A stretch of DNA of 63,395 bases, the filler included, from Octopus bimaculoides (taxonomy: Eukaryota): NCBI RefSeq assembly GCF_001194135.2. It is 5 parts of 5 records of this genome, joined end to end, with 100 filler letters (N's around TTAATTAATTAA, not from the genome) between each part and the next. Parts side by side here need not be neighbours in the genome. Positions count along the whole stretch, not along the records: positions 1 to 22,574 come from NC_069001.1; 4 more parts are not named here. The stretch is one strand, 5' to 3'. Positions 1 to 11,769 of the stretch are shown here, piece after piece. Positions within the stretch are counted from its first letter, which is position 1; every line of letters starts with the position of its first letter. Under the pieces are notes generated by a model. It ran no database searches. It worked only from the letters and a program-made list of their open reading frames with translations, and was not told the DNA's origin. The position numbers were made by a program, and so were the translations under genes.

Positions 1-97
1 CACACACACACACACACACACACACAATACTTACAATACATTTCGGTTTTAGTTTCCGATGTGTTTGTAACTTTGTAATTTAAATTCTATCTATCTG

Positions 98-152
<55 letters not shown>

Positions 153-273
153 ACGTATCTATCTATCTGTCTATGCATCTATGTATCTATCTATCTGTCT
201 ATCTCTCTGTCTCTTTATTAAGATCTGTCTATCTATTTATCTATCTTTTTATATACATTATCTATCTTATTAT

Positions 274-304
<31 letters not shown>

Positions 305-929
305 CACACACACACACATACACACATCTGTCTGTCCTTCTGTCTCTCTGTCTGTCCGTCCGTCCGTCTATTTATTTGTGTTTCTGTTAGTCTGCCTGTC
401 TATTTGTCTGAATGTCATCTCTATATATACATATGCGTCTCCCTTATTCTATTGTTCCCATATAAACCCACATCTTTCACATTCTCACCCCACAACCATT
501 TCCGTTATCTTTTATTCTTATTTAGCTTTTATATCTTCATTAGATAACTTTCTTTCATAAAAATAGATAAACGGTATTATCTATGTTCTGAGTTTAGGTG
601 ACACCATTCATTGGTCTATGAAGATGTCTTCATACATACAAATACATCCATGCACATACATACACCCATAGTTACATACATACATACATAATATATATAT
701 ACATACATACATATATACATGTACATACATACATGCACATACATGCACACACACATACATACATATGTATATGTATATGAAAATGTATATAACTATATTT
801 ATATATATACACATAAATCTCATATATACACACTCACATATATATACATGCATATACTTATGTATGCATACATACACCCATAGTTACACACATACATACA
901 TATATATATATATATACAAATAAAGATTA

Positions 930-1130
930 TGCAGGGCCATTAGAACACCGGGGAAAGTGCTTAGCGGTATGGCGACTGTTTTTTACGTTTTGAGTTCAAA
1001 TTCCGTTGAGGTCAGCTTCGCCTTTCATCCTTTTGGGGTCGATAAAATAAGTACCGGTTGTGCATTAGGGTCGATGTGATCGACTAATCTTGTCCTGCAA
1101 ATTAGTGGCCTTGCTCCGAAATCTAAAATC
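930..1130 (+). mobile_element. tRNA-derived cephalopod-type SINE
   Basis: gagttcaaattcc (B box)...cctttcatccttttggggtcgataaaataagtacc core. Confidence 0.8.
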
Positions 1131-1815
1131 AATATTAGCATGAAGTGTGACCTATCTTAAATTCTATGACAGTGGCAACATGTCAAATCTTGAAGGTTCT
1201 GCTCTTGAAATTCAGGAACAGGAGACAGCTTTGATATATCTAATGAACAAGTAAAAGAGTGAAGCCCATAAACTTGTCAAGATATTACACTCAATGTCAA
1301 TTATGTTACTTTTCTGTGGATGACACAACAAATGTAACCAACAGCTGTCCAAAAATGTTATTGGGGTCCTACATCCCACTGCAACATGCTGTTGTTTCTA
1401 GAACAATATACAATGTCATCCGCAAAAAACATTGCTCCGGAGTAAATAGACACAACACCCCTACAAACTGAATATTTCACTGGTACATGTCAACACAAGG
1501 AACGTTCCCATCAAACACTTTACCAAGTGATAACAAAACAGACCTGGCATTGTTGAATGGAACAGAAAAAAATGCCACGTCCGGTCATAGAAGTTAGTTG
1601 CCTTGCTGATGTGGACACGAACACAGACGCGCGCGCGCACACACACACACACACAGAAAGATTGACACACACACATACACAAACACAAACACAAGCACAT
1701 ACACATACACAAACAGAGACACAAGCACACATACACACACATACTCTTTTATGTACGTATGACTAAATGTATGTATGCATGCTGGTATATATATGTGCGC
1801 ATGTGTATATGTATA

Positions 1816-1853
<38 letters not shown>

Positions 1854-2100
1854 GTAATTTAGGTTCAGTTGAATTAGGTACTTAAATTGAGGCACTTTGT
1901 TAGGACGAACTTATTTGCACACTAAAACAATATCAGGTGAGTATCAAACTTTACATAGAATTTTTTTCCACTCGATATTCATGCAGTGTATGTAGATGGC
2001 ACGATATAACTTAGTGAATAAATGCGCTTTTGCTTTTATAAAGATACCTTCCAAAGTGCAGATTCGAGGGTAGGTGAGCAAAATATAAATGAGTTACAAA

Positions 2101-2182
2101 GATTACGGCCGTTTCGAGCGACTCCTTCAATTGATCAATTAAAGCATTACATCAACACAAACAAAACCGTTCTCATCAGATG
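2101..2182 (-). ncRNA. Probable degenerate hammerhead motif
   Basis: Minus strand: CTGATGA-gaacgg...tcgctc-GAAA-cggccg-TA-atc. Palindromic stem III; stem II 5/6 paired; stem I only about 2 bp. An alternative inner degenerate core (ttgaagg-ag-tcg-ctc-GAAA) is also possible. Confidence 0.45.
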
Positions 2183-2224
2183 ACTGCATAGACCTCAAGC
2201 ATAAGGGACAAGTTAGATATTTAA

Positions 2225-2620
2225 ACATATTCATAACATCAATAGAGAGCAAATATTTACAAAGATTCCGCTGGTAAATTTTGGGGACATAATGAGAAAA
2301 GGACAATGCAGCGACAGACAAGAAATTAGCATAGGCTAGAGTGGGGTGGGAGGATGAATGAGAGTAATAACCCTGTTATCTAAATATCGAATACAATAGG
2401 GAGAATGTAGTCTGTTTTGAAGACTACATTCTCCCTATTGTATTCGATATGTAGATGACGGGGTTACTACTCTCATTCATCCTCCCCCCCCCCACTCTAG
2501 CCTATGCCAATTTCTGGCTTGTCTGCCGCTGTACTATCCTTTTTCCATTCTTTCAAAAGAATTTAGCAGCGGAATCATTGTAAACTCTACTATTTCCCTC
2601 AATTTAACATCCAACATATG
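2225..2620. repeat. Long imperfect inverted repeat (foldback) centred near 2417, Penelope-derived
   Basis: Arms ...caatagggagaatgtagtct [gttttga] agactacattctccctattg... pair over about 2291-2549; weaker homology continues (aatttaccagcggaatctttgtaaa vs aatttagcagcggaatcattgtaaa). The right arm reads HSPYCIRYVDDG, resembling the RT YVDD motif. Confidence 0.75.
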
Positions 2621-2724
2621 TTTATTTTTATTCTCCTACTTCCCTTTATACTTCCCGTGTCTCCCCCTTTCCATATTTTCGTATATTGAACTCTACTATT
2701 TCTCTCTATTTAACTCTATCACAT

Positions 2725-2774
2725 AGTCTCTGATGAAGGGATATCACTCATATCCCTGAAATAGCTATAAGACT
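2725..2774 (+). ncRNA. Minimal type I hammerhead ribozyme motif (Penelope-type)
   Basis: agtct-CTGATGA-agggatat[cactc]atatccct-GAAA-tagcta-TA-agact: 5-bp stem I, 8-bp stem II, intact core, palindromic stem III. Confidence 0.85.
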
Positions 2775-3002
2775 GGCTTTCTCTTTATAAATGTCCTGGA
2801 AATTTCAAACTGCCTTGGCTTTGTTGTCTCATTCTATTTAACATATACATGCTCACACATGACCCGCATTAGACTCTTCACTCATGCTATTATCGAACCG
2901 GGAGTCTAACTTTGGTCCTTCCGTAGCACTTACATAGCCTTACCTACCATTTTGGGTCCTCTGGATATCAAAACCCCTCATGTATATATATATATTTTCT
3001 AC

Positions 3003-3200
3003 TAGAAGCACAAGGCCTCAAATTTTGGGCGAAGGGATTAAGTCGATTACATCGACCCCAGTACGTATCTGGTACTAATTTTATCGACCTCGAAATGATG
3101 AAAGTTGACCTCGGCGGAATTTGAACTCAAAACCTAACGGCAGACGAAATACAGTTAAACATTTCGCCCGGCGTGCTAACGATTCTGCCAGCTCACCTCT
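3003..3200 (-). mobile_element. tRNA-derived SINE
   Basis: Reverse complement of the same core (gtacta.ttttatcgacc...ggaatttgaactc). Confidence 0.8.
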
Positions 3201-3245
3201 TACATGCATACATACATACATGCATACATACATACATATACATAC

Positions 3246-3296
<51 letters not shown>

Positions 3297-3297
<1 letters not shown>

Positions 3298-3432
3298 TTA
3301 ATTTCTAAATCTCTGAGAGATTTATACAGTAGTAACACGATAAAGTGGTGGGACTGTCAGCTTAATGTCACAGTCCCACGAAAGAGAATAATACTACACA
3401 GGAAATGTGTCAAGGCCGACAGGAAGCGGTGC
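3297..3432 (+). repeat. Second copy of the 40991 hairpin family (truncated by a gap)
   Basis: atttctaaatctctgagagattta...ctgtcagcttaatgtcacagtccc...aataatacta-cacaggaaatgtgtcaaggcc shared with 40991-41255. Confidence 0.7.
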
Positions 3433-4301
3433 NNNNNNNNNNNNNNNNNNNNNNNNNNNNNNNNNNNNNNNNNNNNNNNNNNNNNNNNNNNNNNNNNNNN
3501 NNNNNNNNNNNNNNNNNNNNNNNNNNNNNNNNNNNNNNNNNNNNNNNNNNNNNNNNNNNNNNNNNNNNNNNNNNNNNNNNNNNNNNNNNNNNNNNNNNNN
3601 NNNNNNNNNNNNNNNNNNNNNNNNNNNNNNNNNNNNNNNNNNNNNNNNNNNNNNNNNNNNNNNNNNNNNNNNNNNNNNNNNNNNNNNNNNNNNNNNNNNN
3701 NNNNNNNNNNNNNNNNNNNNNNNNNNNNNNNNNNNNNNNNNNNNNNNNNNNNNNNNNNNNNNNNNNNNNNNNNNNNNNNNNNNNNNNNNNNNNNNNNNNN
3801 NNNNNNNNNNNNNNNNNNNNNNNNNNNNNNNNNNNNNNNNNNNNNNNNNNNNNNNNNNNNNNNNNNNNNNNNNNNNNNNNNNNNNNNNNNNNNNNNNNNN
3901 NNNNNNNNNNNNNNNNNNNNNNNNNNNNNNNNNNNNNNNNNNNNNNNNNNNNNNNNNNNNNNNNNNNNNNNNNNNNNNNNNNNNNNNNNNNNNNNNNNNN
4001 NNNNNNNNNNNNNNNNNNNNNNNNNNNNNNNNNNNNNNNNNNNNNNNNNNNNNNNNNNNNNNNNNNNNNNNNNNNNNNNNNNNNNNNNNNNNNNNNNNNN
4101 NNNNNNNNNNNNNNNNNNNNNNNATATATATATATATATATATATATATAATAGGAAATAGAAAAATACAATTGACATATAAATTTATTAACATTATAAT
4201 ATAATATAACAAATAATAAAAACAAACATATATCCTACAATTCGTTTCGATTCATATCCATTAGTGAATTTATAAAAAATTACATTTATATATATGAATC
4301 T

Positions 4302-4407
4302 CGCAGGAGTGGCTGTGTGGTAAGAATCTTGCTTCCCAACCACAGGGTTTCCGGTTCAGTCTCACTGCGTCGCACCTTGGGCAGGTGTCTTCTACTATGG
4401 CCTCAGG
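4302..4407 (+). mobile_element. tRNA-derived SINE head (second subfamily)
   Basis: gcaggagtggctgtgtggtaag...ccggttcagtc.cactgcgt.gcaccttgggca.gtgtcttctactat...ccaaagccttgtgag. Confidence 0.75.
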
Positions 4408-5598
4408 CCAACCAAAGCCTTGTGAGNNNNNNNNNNGTAACAGATTACTAGGGCTCCAAGGTTATAGCCGAGACGGTAGTTATGGAGGTATGTATGTATA
4501 TTTCACCATGTTGGACTGTTAATCCGTATACACTTTTATCTCTCTCCGATTTGTTTTTTCGTTCTCTCCCCCTTTCATACCTCTCAATCCTTTCTGTCGA
4601 AAGACTTTTCCATTCTTCCTGAGCGTTAGACTAATACACCTGTTTGTTGTTCCTTCACTTATCTTCGTATTTTGTTTTCCGTAGATTTGAACTGTGTGTA
4701 TGTGTATATNNNNNNNNNNNNNNNNNNNNNNNNNNNNNNNNNNNNNNNNNNNNNNNNNNNNNNNNNNNNNNNNNNNNNNNNNNNNNNNNNNNNNNNNNNN
4801 NNNNNNNNNNNNNNNNNNNNNNNNNNNNNNNNNNNNNNNNNNNNNNNNNNNNNNNNNNNNNNNNNNNNNNNNNNNNNNNNNNNNNNNNNNNNNNNNNNNN
4901 NNNNNNNNNNNNNNNNNNNNNNNNNNNNNNNNNNNNNNNNNNNNNNNNNNNNNNNNNNNNNNNNNNNNNNNNNNNNNNNNNNNNNNNNNNNNNNNNNNNN
5001 NNNNNNNNNNNNNNNNNNNNNNNNNNNNNNNNNNNNNNNNNNNNNNNNNNNNNNNNNNNNNNNNNNNNNNNNNNNNNNNNNNNNNNNNNNNNNNNNNNNN
5101 NNNNNNNNNNNNNNNNNNNNNNNNNNNNNNNNNNNNNNNNNNNNNNNNNNNNNNNNNNNNNNNNNNNNNNNNNNNNNNNNNNNNNNNNNNNNNNNNNNNN
5201 NNNNNNNNNNNNNNNNNNNNNNNNNNNNNNNNNNNNNNNNNNNNNNNNNNNNNNNNNNNNNNNNNNNNNNNNNNNNNNNNNNNNNNNNNNNNNNNNNNNN
5301 NNNNNNNNNNNNNNNNNNNNNNNNNNNNNNNNNNNNNNNNNNNNNNNNNNNNNNNNNNNNNNNNNNNNNNNNNNNNNNNNNNNNNNNNNNNNNNNNNNNN
5401 NNNNNNNNNNNNNNNNNNNNNNNNNNNNNNNNNNNNNNNNNNNNNNNNNNNNNNNNNNNNNNNNNNNNNNNNNNNNNNNNNNNNNNNNNNNNNNNNNNNN
5501 NNNNNNNNNNNNNNNTATATATATATATATGCATATGCATGTATATGTTACTGAAGTCGTTGTTTGTCCTAACCAGTTTGTATTTCTTCTCTTTGCAG

Positions 5599-6017
5599 TG
5601 CTTCAGGTGTCGCTGAAAAACAGTTTAACTGTGGTCGAGCACCAGGAGATGGGTGAAGCGCTGTCAGAACTCAGCAAAGAGGGCATACTCATTATAGGTT
5701 CCGGTTTTATGACTCATTCTTTCGAAAAAATGGGACAGTCCCATAAATGCAACATATTCCAGTGGGCGTCCGATTTACAGAAATGGGTAAGGGATGTTTT
5801 CTGTAATCCTCGGCTCACCCCCAGGGAAAGGAAAGAACGCATGGTGGAGTGCGAAAGTCTACCGTTTTTCAAAAAGGCTCACCCTCGTCTTGAACATTTC
5901 TTACCTTTGGTTATCGCCTCAGCTGTAGCAGGCTACCCACCGGGCCAACCCATTTTCTCTTTCTTCGTTTCACCAAGTCTACTAATGGAACACATTATTT
6001 TTAAATCAATTGTTTAG
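5599..6017 (+). CDS. Terminal exon of a LigB-family extradiol ring-cleavage dioxygenase (4,5-DOPA dioxygenase / YgiD-like)
   Basis: Acceptor ttcttctctttgcag ends at 5598 (phase 1). Translation (V)LQVSLKNSLTVVEHQEMGEALSELSKEGILIIGSGFMTHSF...KKAHPRLEHFLPL...FKSIV*, TAG at 6015-6017. Matches from memory the LigB/DODA motifs 'VxQLSL...H..LG.AL..L..EGVLIIGSG..THN' and 'AHP..EH.LPL'. Upstream exons not seen (outside the window or in gaps). Confidence 0.9.
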
Positions 6018-6019
6018 AC

Positions 6020-6310
6020 ATCGTCATCGACAACGACGACGACGACGACGATCACAACAACAACAACAGCAACAGCAACAACAACAACAGCAACAACAAC
6101 AACAACAACAGCAACAACAACAACAACAACTACTACAACAGAAACAGCAGTAATAGCTACTATTACAAAGACAGTAACAACGACGATGACAAATACAACA
6201 TTGAAAATAACATAATAATAATAATAATAATAATAATGATAATAAAGGCAATAATAGCAACAATATCAGTAACAACAATAAGAATTAAAGACGCTACTAA
6301 TATCGACGAT

Positions 6311-6377
<67 letters not shown>

Positions 6378-6530
6378 GCAACAACAATATCAGTAATATC
6401 AATAATAGCAATAATAGCAATAGCAAGAACAATGTTTAAAACAATGTTTAGAACAACAACAACGTCAATAACATTAACAATATTACCACAACAACTATAA
6501 GCATAAAAATAGCTATAACAACACAGATAT
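6020..6530. repeat. Compound trinucleotide microsatellite (GAC/CAA/CAG/AAT)
   Basis: Starts immediately after the dioxygenase stop codon. Confidence 0.95.
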
Positions 6531-6708
6531 NNNNNNNNNNNNNTATATATATATAAATTTATTTATTTATATATATATAAAGTCAATTTGAAGATATAAA
6601 CCTCTTATAGGGATCGTTTCATCCAAGATACAGTGGTTTAATATATTATACTGTGAAGAGATATCTCTTCAATAAATATATTATAAATATCAAATATTAT
6701 TAAGCAAG

Positions 6709-7247
6709 AAAATAGAGAGATTTAATGGATAAAATTAATTTATTAATTAATCAACATTGCCTACAATTGTTTCAGTTCACAGTCAATTGAGGATTTTGAG
6801 TGGAATATCATCAGGGTGAAAGAACATTAAGAAAGTTATATGTTGACCAGTTGAGGCATTTTATCAGACTAAACAGATCAGAGTATTTGCGCGCGCGCGC
6901 GCCTGTGTATCCCCGATAATATTTTTCTTAAAATATAATAAAATTAAATTAAATATATAAAAATATTAATTTATGTAAGATACACATATAAAAATAAAAA
7001 TACAATAAAATAAGTAAAAGTAAATGATAAATATTAATAGAAATTAATAAAAATTATTCAAAAAAATAATAATAAATATTCAGACTATAAGTTATACAGA
7101 CATAAATAAAATAATAAACTTTTATTAATATTTATTATTTATTTTTACTTATTTTATTTTTATTTTTATTTTTATATGTTCATCTTACATATTTCAATAT
7201 TTTATATATTTTATTTTATTTTATTATAGTTTAAGAAAAATATTATC

Positions 7248-7346
<99 letters not shown>

Positions 7347-7524
7347 AATAACTAAGCATACTCTGATCTGTTTAGTCTGTTAAAATGTCACATGCAACTT
7401 TTTTAATGTCCTTTCACCCTGATGATATTCTACTCAAAATCTTCAATTGACTGCGAACTGAAACAATTGTAGGCAATGTTAATTAATTAATAAGTTAATT
7501 TTATTTATTAAATCTCTCCATTTT
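6709..7524. repeat. About 815-bp AT-rich foldback element (imperfect palindrome)
   Basis: 6709-6900 is the reverse complement of about 7340-7524 (ttgcctacaattgtttcagttcacagtcaattgagg vs cttcaattgactgcgaactgaaacaattgtaggcaa). The AT-rich interior is also inverted. A (GC)n/(CA)n microsatellite of unequal length sits at matching positions. Confidence 0.85.
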
Positions 7525-7653
7525 ATACCCACACATATGCACACACATACACACACACACATGCACACACACACAGCATTCACGACAATAACCTCACGCA
7601 CGTAACAGCGATATAAAAGGTTAACCAAATTAACAACAATGACAAGGAGATCG

Positions 7654-7730
<77 letters not shown>

Positions 7731-7989
7731 AACAGCAATAACAACAACGGCAGTAATAACATTAACAACAGTGCATCTACGGGGTCGTTCTAACTGCTAG
7801 AAATAGTAATTACATCTTTTCCAAAATCCTACTTGAGTGTCATCTGAGATAACGTAGTCCAAGATGAGCTGCAGTGAGAAAAAAGACAGACGGGAAGATC
7901 ACTGTTGGAACGGCCTTGGTCATAGGTATACACGGACAGGACAGGTCAAAGAACAGTAACTAACAACGACAATAACAACAACGGTGTTA

Positions 7990-8004
7990 TTGACAACAAC
8001 GACC

Positions 8005-8061
<57 letters not shown>

Positions 8062-8230
8062 GTGATGATGGTGATGGTGATGATGGTGGTGATGGTGATG
8101 GTGATGATGNNNNNNNNNNTGATGATGATGATGGTGATGATGGTGATGGTGATGATGGTGGTGATGGTGATGGTGATGATGATGATGATGGTGATGATGG
8201 TGATGGTGATGATGGTGGTGATGATGATGT
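7990..8230. repeat. (GAT/GGT)n microsatellite
   Basis: Direct reading of the sequence. Confidence 0.95.
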
Positions 8231-8699
8231 TGTACAATGGTGACTGTTATTTCAATTATTGTTTTGTATGAATTTGTTTTTCTCATGAATAAAGGATTTC
8301 ACCCCCAGTTTATCAGTAACAGGTTTGTTTCTTTCACAAATGTTGGGACAATCTTTAGTCTGTTGGTCCAACAGTTGAAAGGGTCAGCCATCGGATAGAG
8401 CAGGAAAGAGATGGTGGAACCTGATTAAAAAGAAAAGTGATTTTTAGGCGTGAGTCTGCTACCTGTTTAACTATTTGGCAAATCAGACCTACATCACTCC
8501 ACAATTGAAACGGTGCTGATGACCCCGAGATGAAGACTTCAAATCAAACGTCAATGTTTCAATAGTGGTCAGTCGATCCAGTAGACAGGAACTCACAGCA
8601 AAACAGAAGAAATATTATCGGCGGCTAGAGATATTCAAAAAGTTTCTGATGAAGTAGGAGAATTCAAGAACAGTTGGCAAAATAGTAGAGCAAGCAGAT

Positions 8700-9030
8700 G
8701 GAAAGAAATGGAATTACATGGTAATTTGATGCAACAAAAGGAGGATGTAGGATGAATGCTGGTTATGGCTGTCGAATCGAAACTTGGAACGTGAGACCGA
8801 ATCGCTAATTATTATCACTCAGGAGCGACTATATAGCAAAGGTTGATAAAATTCACTCAGAGAGCAAATGTAGAATCTGCAAGAAAGGAAACGAGAGATG
8901 GTTGTCTTTTCAGTGAATGTAAGCTAGCACAAAGAGAGTATAAGAGCAAGCAACTTTATGTAAGTAAAAGAGTGCAGGTGGGGTGTTAGCCGAGTGTATG
9001 GCTTCGAAATAAATGGAACGAGAGGCTTTG
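8700..9030 (+). mobile_element. R4/Dong-like LINE remnant (zinc-knuckle region)
   Basis: Degraded 'WL...LERETESLII', 'CRICKKG.E', 'KLAQREYK'-like frames. Confidence 0.6.
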
Positions 9031-9086
9031 ATAGAGAATACAAATTGCCAAGATTTTGTCTCTCTCATCAAAGATCAGTGGCTATC

Positions 9087-9129
9087 GAACGCCGACGAAG
9101 GGAAATAACCCTGAAACCCGGGTCCGTTC
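9087..9129 (+). ncRNA. Minimal type I hammerhead ribozyme motif (core variant CCGACGA)
   Basis: gaacg-CCGACGA-aggg[aaataa]ccct-GAAA-cccggg-TC-cgttc: perfect stems I and II, palindromic stem III, GUC cleavage triplet; U4 of the core replaced by C. Confidence 0.75.
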
Positions 9130-9479
9130 GTGCTACAGATCATGATGGGAGAGATAACTTCCCTTGGCAAACAGGACACAGTAGTGTGTCGATAAGCCAG
9201 CTGGAGGAGATGTCCTCCTGGGGCTAAAAGCAACAGTAACATCCACCCCTAGGGGTCAGCCACACTTAAGTGGCAATATACTACACTTTATCGTGCAGTT
9301 ACTGTTAATACTTCATTTAGAGAATTAACATTACAAATTACAGGATTTTATGGGATTTCTCTATAAAGACTGACCATGCTACTGAAGCAAAGAGACTAGA
9401 TATGATTATAGGATTATAGAGGACAAAATAAATAGTGTAAGAAGATAGACTTTTCAATATAATATGATAAAAGAATGAA

Positions 9480-9745
9480 TACCATAGAAATTTTTAAAAA
9501 ATTGAGAAATATCAGGACTTTGCCAGATAGGTGGAAAATTCAGAACACTAAAAGAAAAAAAGAAAAAAAAGAAAAATCATAATAAAAATATATGTGGTAA
9601 TTGGTGCATTTGGCGCAACACCTAACGTAGTACCTAAGATATTGGAATTGTGACTCGCACTATTGACCTTTAGAAAAGTGCAATCTTGTATTCTACAAGA
9701 ATCCCAAGAAAGATTCTTGAAATTTGAGATTTGTTGCCACCAAAA
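9480..9745 (+). mobile_element. R4/Dong-like LINE remnant (RLE C-terminus)
   Basis: VVIGAFGATP and KSAILYSTRI-like frames. Confidence 0.55.
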
Positions 9746-9814
9746 CTCAAAATAACAATTCTGCTTATTAAATTGGTACAACAACAATGATAATAATAAA
9801 TGTCCTGGGGTAAT

Positions 9815-10345
9815 ATCAGGCACTGGCTCTCATGGCTTCTGATCTTAACTGGCTGGAAATGTTATCATGTACATGTTTGTCATGGGGTAAGAAGATGGGC
9901 TACATCTAATATTCTGCTTAATACTATAGATTTGCTTGTCAGTTTTTTTTTACCATAACCAGTTGAGCGTGTCCCTTGGTGGTTGACGATATGTGCATCT
10001 CTGATCTCGAGCATCATAGCCATGTGTTGAGGGAAATTGTTTGGGATTTGAATAATTCAATTCTGGAAACATGGCTGTTTTGTTCATCATCCTTAAACAA
10101 ACCTAATTCAGGGGGGACCTTTTGAGCAGGATGGGGTACTCGACCTGAAGAAAATTGTAACTGGGCTCCATCTGCAAGGTCATACGCTGTTTATCTTGAT
10201 CTGAGATCACCATGTCACGCACACATATGGTTCGTATGCATGTGTCTGGTGTACCATTATCAGACGGGTAGTCATGATGGGTATATTGGACTTAGTATGT
10301 TTGTGCCCCAGTATGACTTTGATGCAATGCGCTACTCTCTCACTC

Positions 10346-10399
<54 letters not shown>

Positions 10400-10400
10400 T
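9815..10400 (+). repeat. Probable SINE/LINE-derived interspersed repeat with (AAT)n tail
   Basis: Balanced-composition block ending ...gcgctactctctcactc followed by (aat)n; family not identified. Confidence 0.4.
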
Positions 10401-11769
10401 ATTGCATGGTTTTTGAAAGTAGCCTATGAGTTATAAAACTGCATCGTAACTGACTTAAAACCCTAGATTTTACTTGAAAACTAGCTTAATTTTCACATCT
10501 GAGCCCTTTTAAGTATTTATTTTTGTAGATCTGAGCATGAATTGTTTAGTGATCAGCGGTGACTGAACCACATTCAATTGATTTATTGTGCAGTATAAGA
10601 TATACAAGATACACCTTAATCGAAGACGTTTCAATAAATAAATAAATAAAAATAAATAAATAGATAAAATGGTTTTGTAAATATCTCTGACTTGAAACTT
10701 CTGTTTTGCTGATGTCACCCTGTCATTGGAAATTTTGCTAATTCTCATTTTTTATTTACAGAAATTGAATAAAATAAATCTAAGATCTACTTGTTCAGAG
10801 TAGTCCATAAGAGGGGCGAAATAGCGTTATCTACAACTACTAGGATACTTTAAAAAAATGNNNNNNNNNNNNNNNNNNNNNNNNNNNNNNNNNNNNNNNN
10901 NNNNNNNNNNNNNNNNNNNNNNNNNNNNNNNNNNNNNNNNNNNNNNNNNNNNNNNNNNNNNNNNNNNNNNNNNNNNNNNNNNNNNNNNNNNNNNNNNNNN
11001 NNNNNNNNNNNNNNNNNNNNNNNNNNNNNNNNNNNNNNNNNNNNNNNNNNNNNNNNNNNNNNNNNNNNNNNNNNNNNNNNNNNNNNNNNNNNNNNNNNNN
11101 NNNNNNNNNNNNNNNNNNNNNNNNNNNNNNNNNNNNNNNNNNNNNNNNNNNNNNNNNNNNNNNNNNNNNNNNNNNNNNNNNNNNNNNNNNNNNNNNNNNN
11201 NNNNNNNNNNNNNNNNNNNNNNNNNNNNNNNNNNNNNNNNNNNNNNNNNNNNNNNNNNNNNNNNNNNNNNNNNNNNNNNNNNNNNNNNNNNNNNNNNNNN
11301 NNNNNNNNATATATATATATATATATATACACATATATATAGAGAAAGAGAGAGGGGGAGAGAGAAAGAGAGAGAGAGTGAGAGATAGAAAGAGAGATAG
11401 AGAGAGGGAGGGAAGAGAGAAAGAGAGAGAGTGAGAGAGAGAGAAGAAAAAGCAGAAAAGTCAAGAGAAACAGTTGATATTTTCACATAAAAAAAGTCCA
11501 AACTGAACCAAAGAGAACTTGCATTTTAAACAGACACGGAAGTTGATTGAAATGCTGATTCTTCAAAGACTTGATTTTAGTTCAGAAAGGCTATTTTAAT
11601 TAGCATTACTTAAATGGCAATTCATTTTACAATAAATTATCTATAGTAGTAACCAGCAGGAAATGCCTAGATGAGATCTTTAGATAAGCTTGAAACCAAT
11701 TGATATTGAGATGGAGCTACCATAAAATCTATTTCTTTAGTACTGTAACAAATATTAATATTGATTTCA

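Noticed and set aside
4228-4268. Minus-strand ctaatgg...cGAAAcgaattgTAgga resembling the CAATTG hammerhead family
   Set aside because: Core too degenerate to support.
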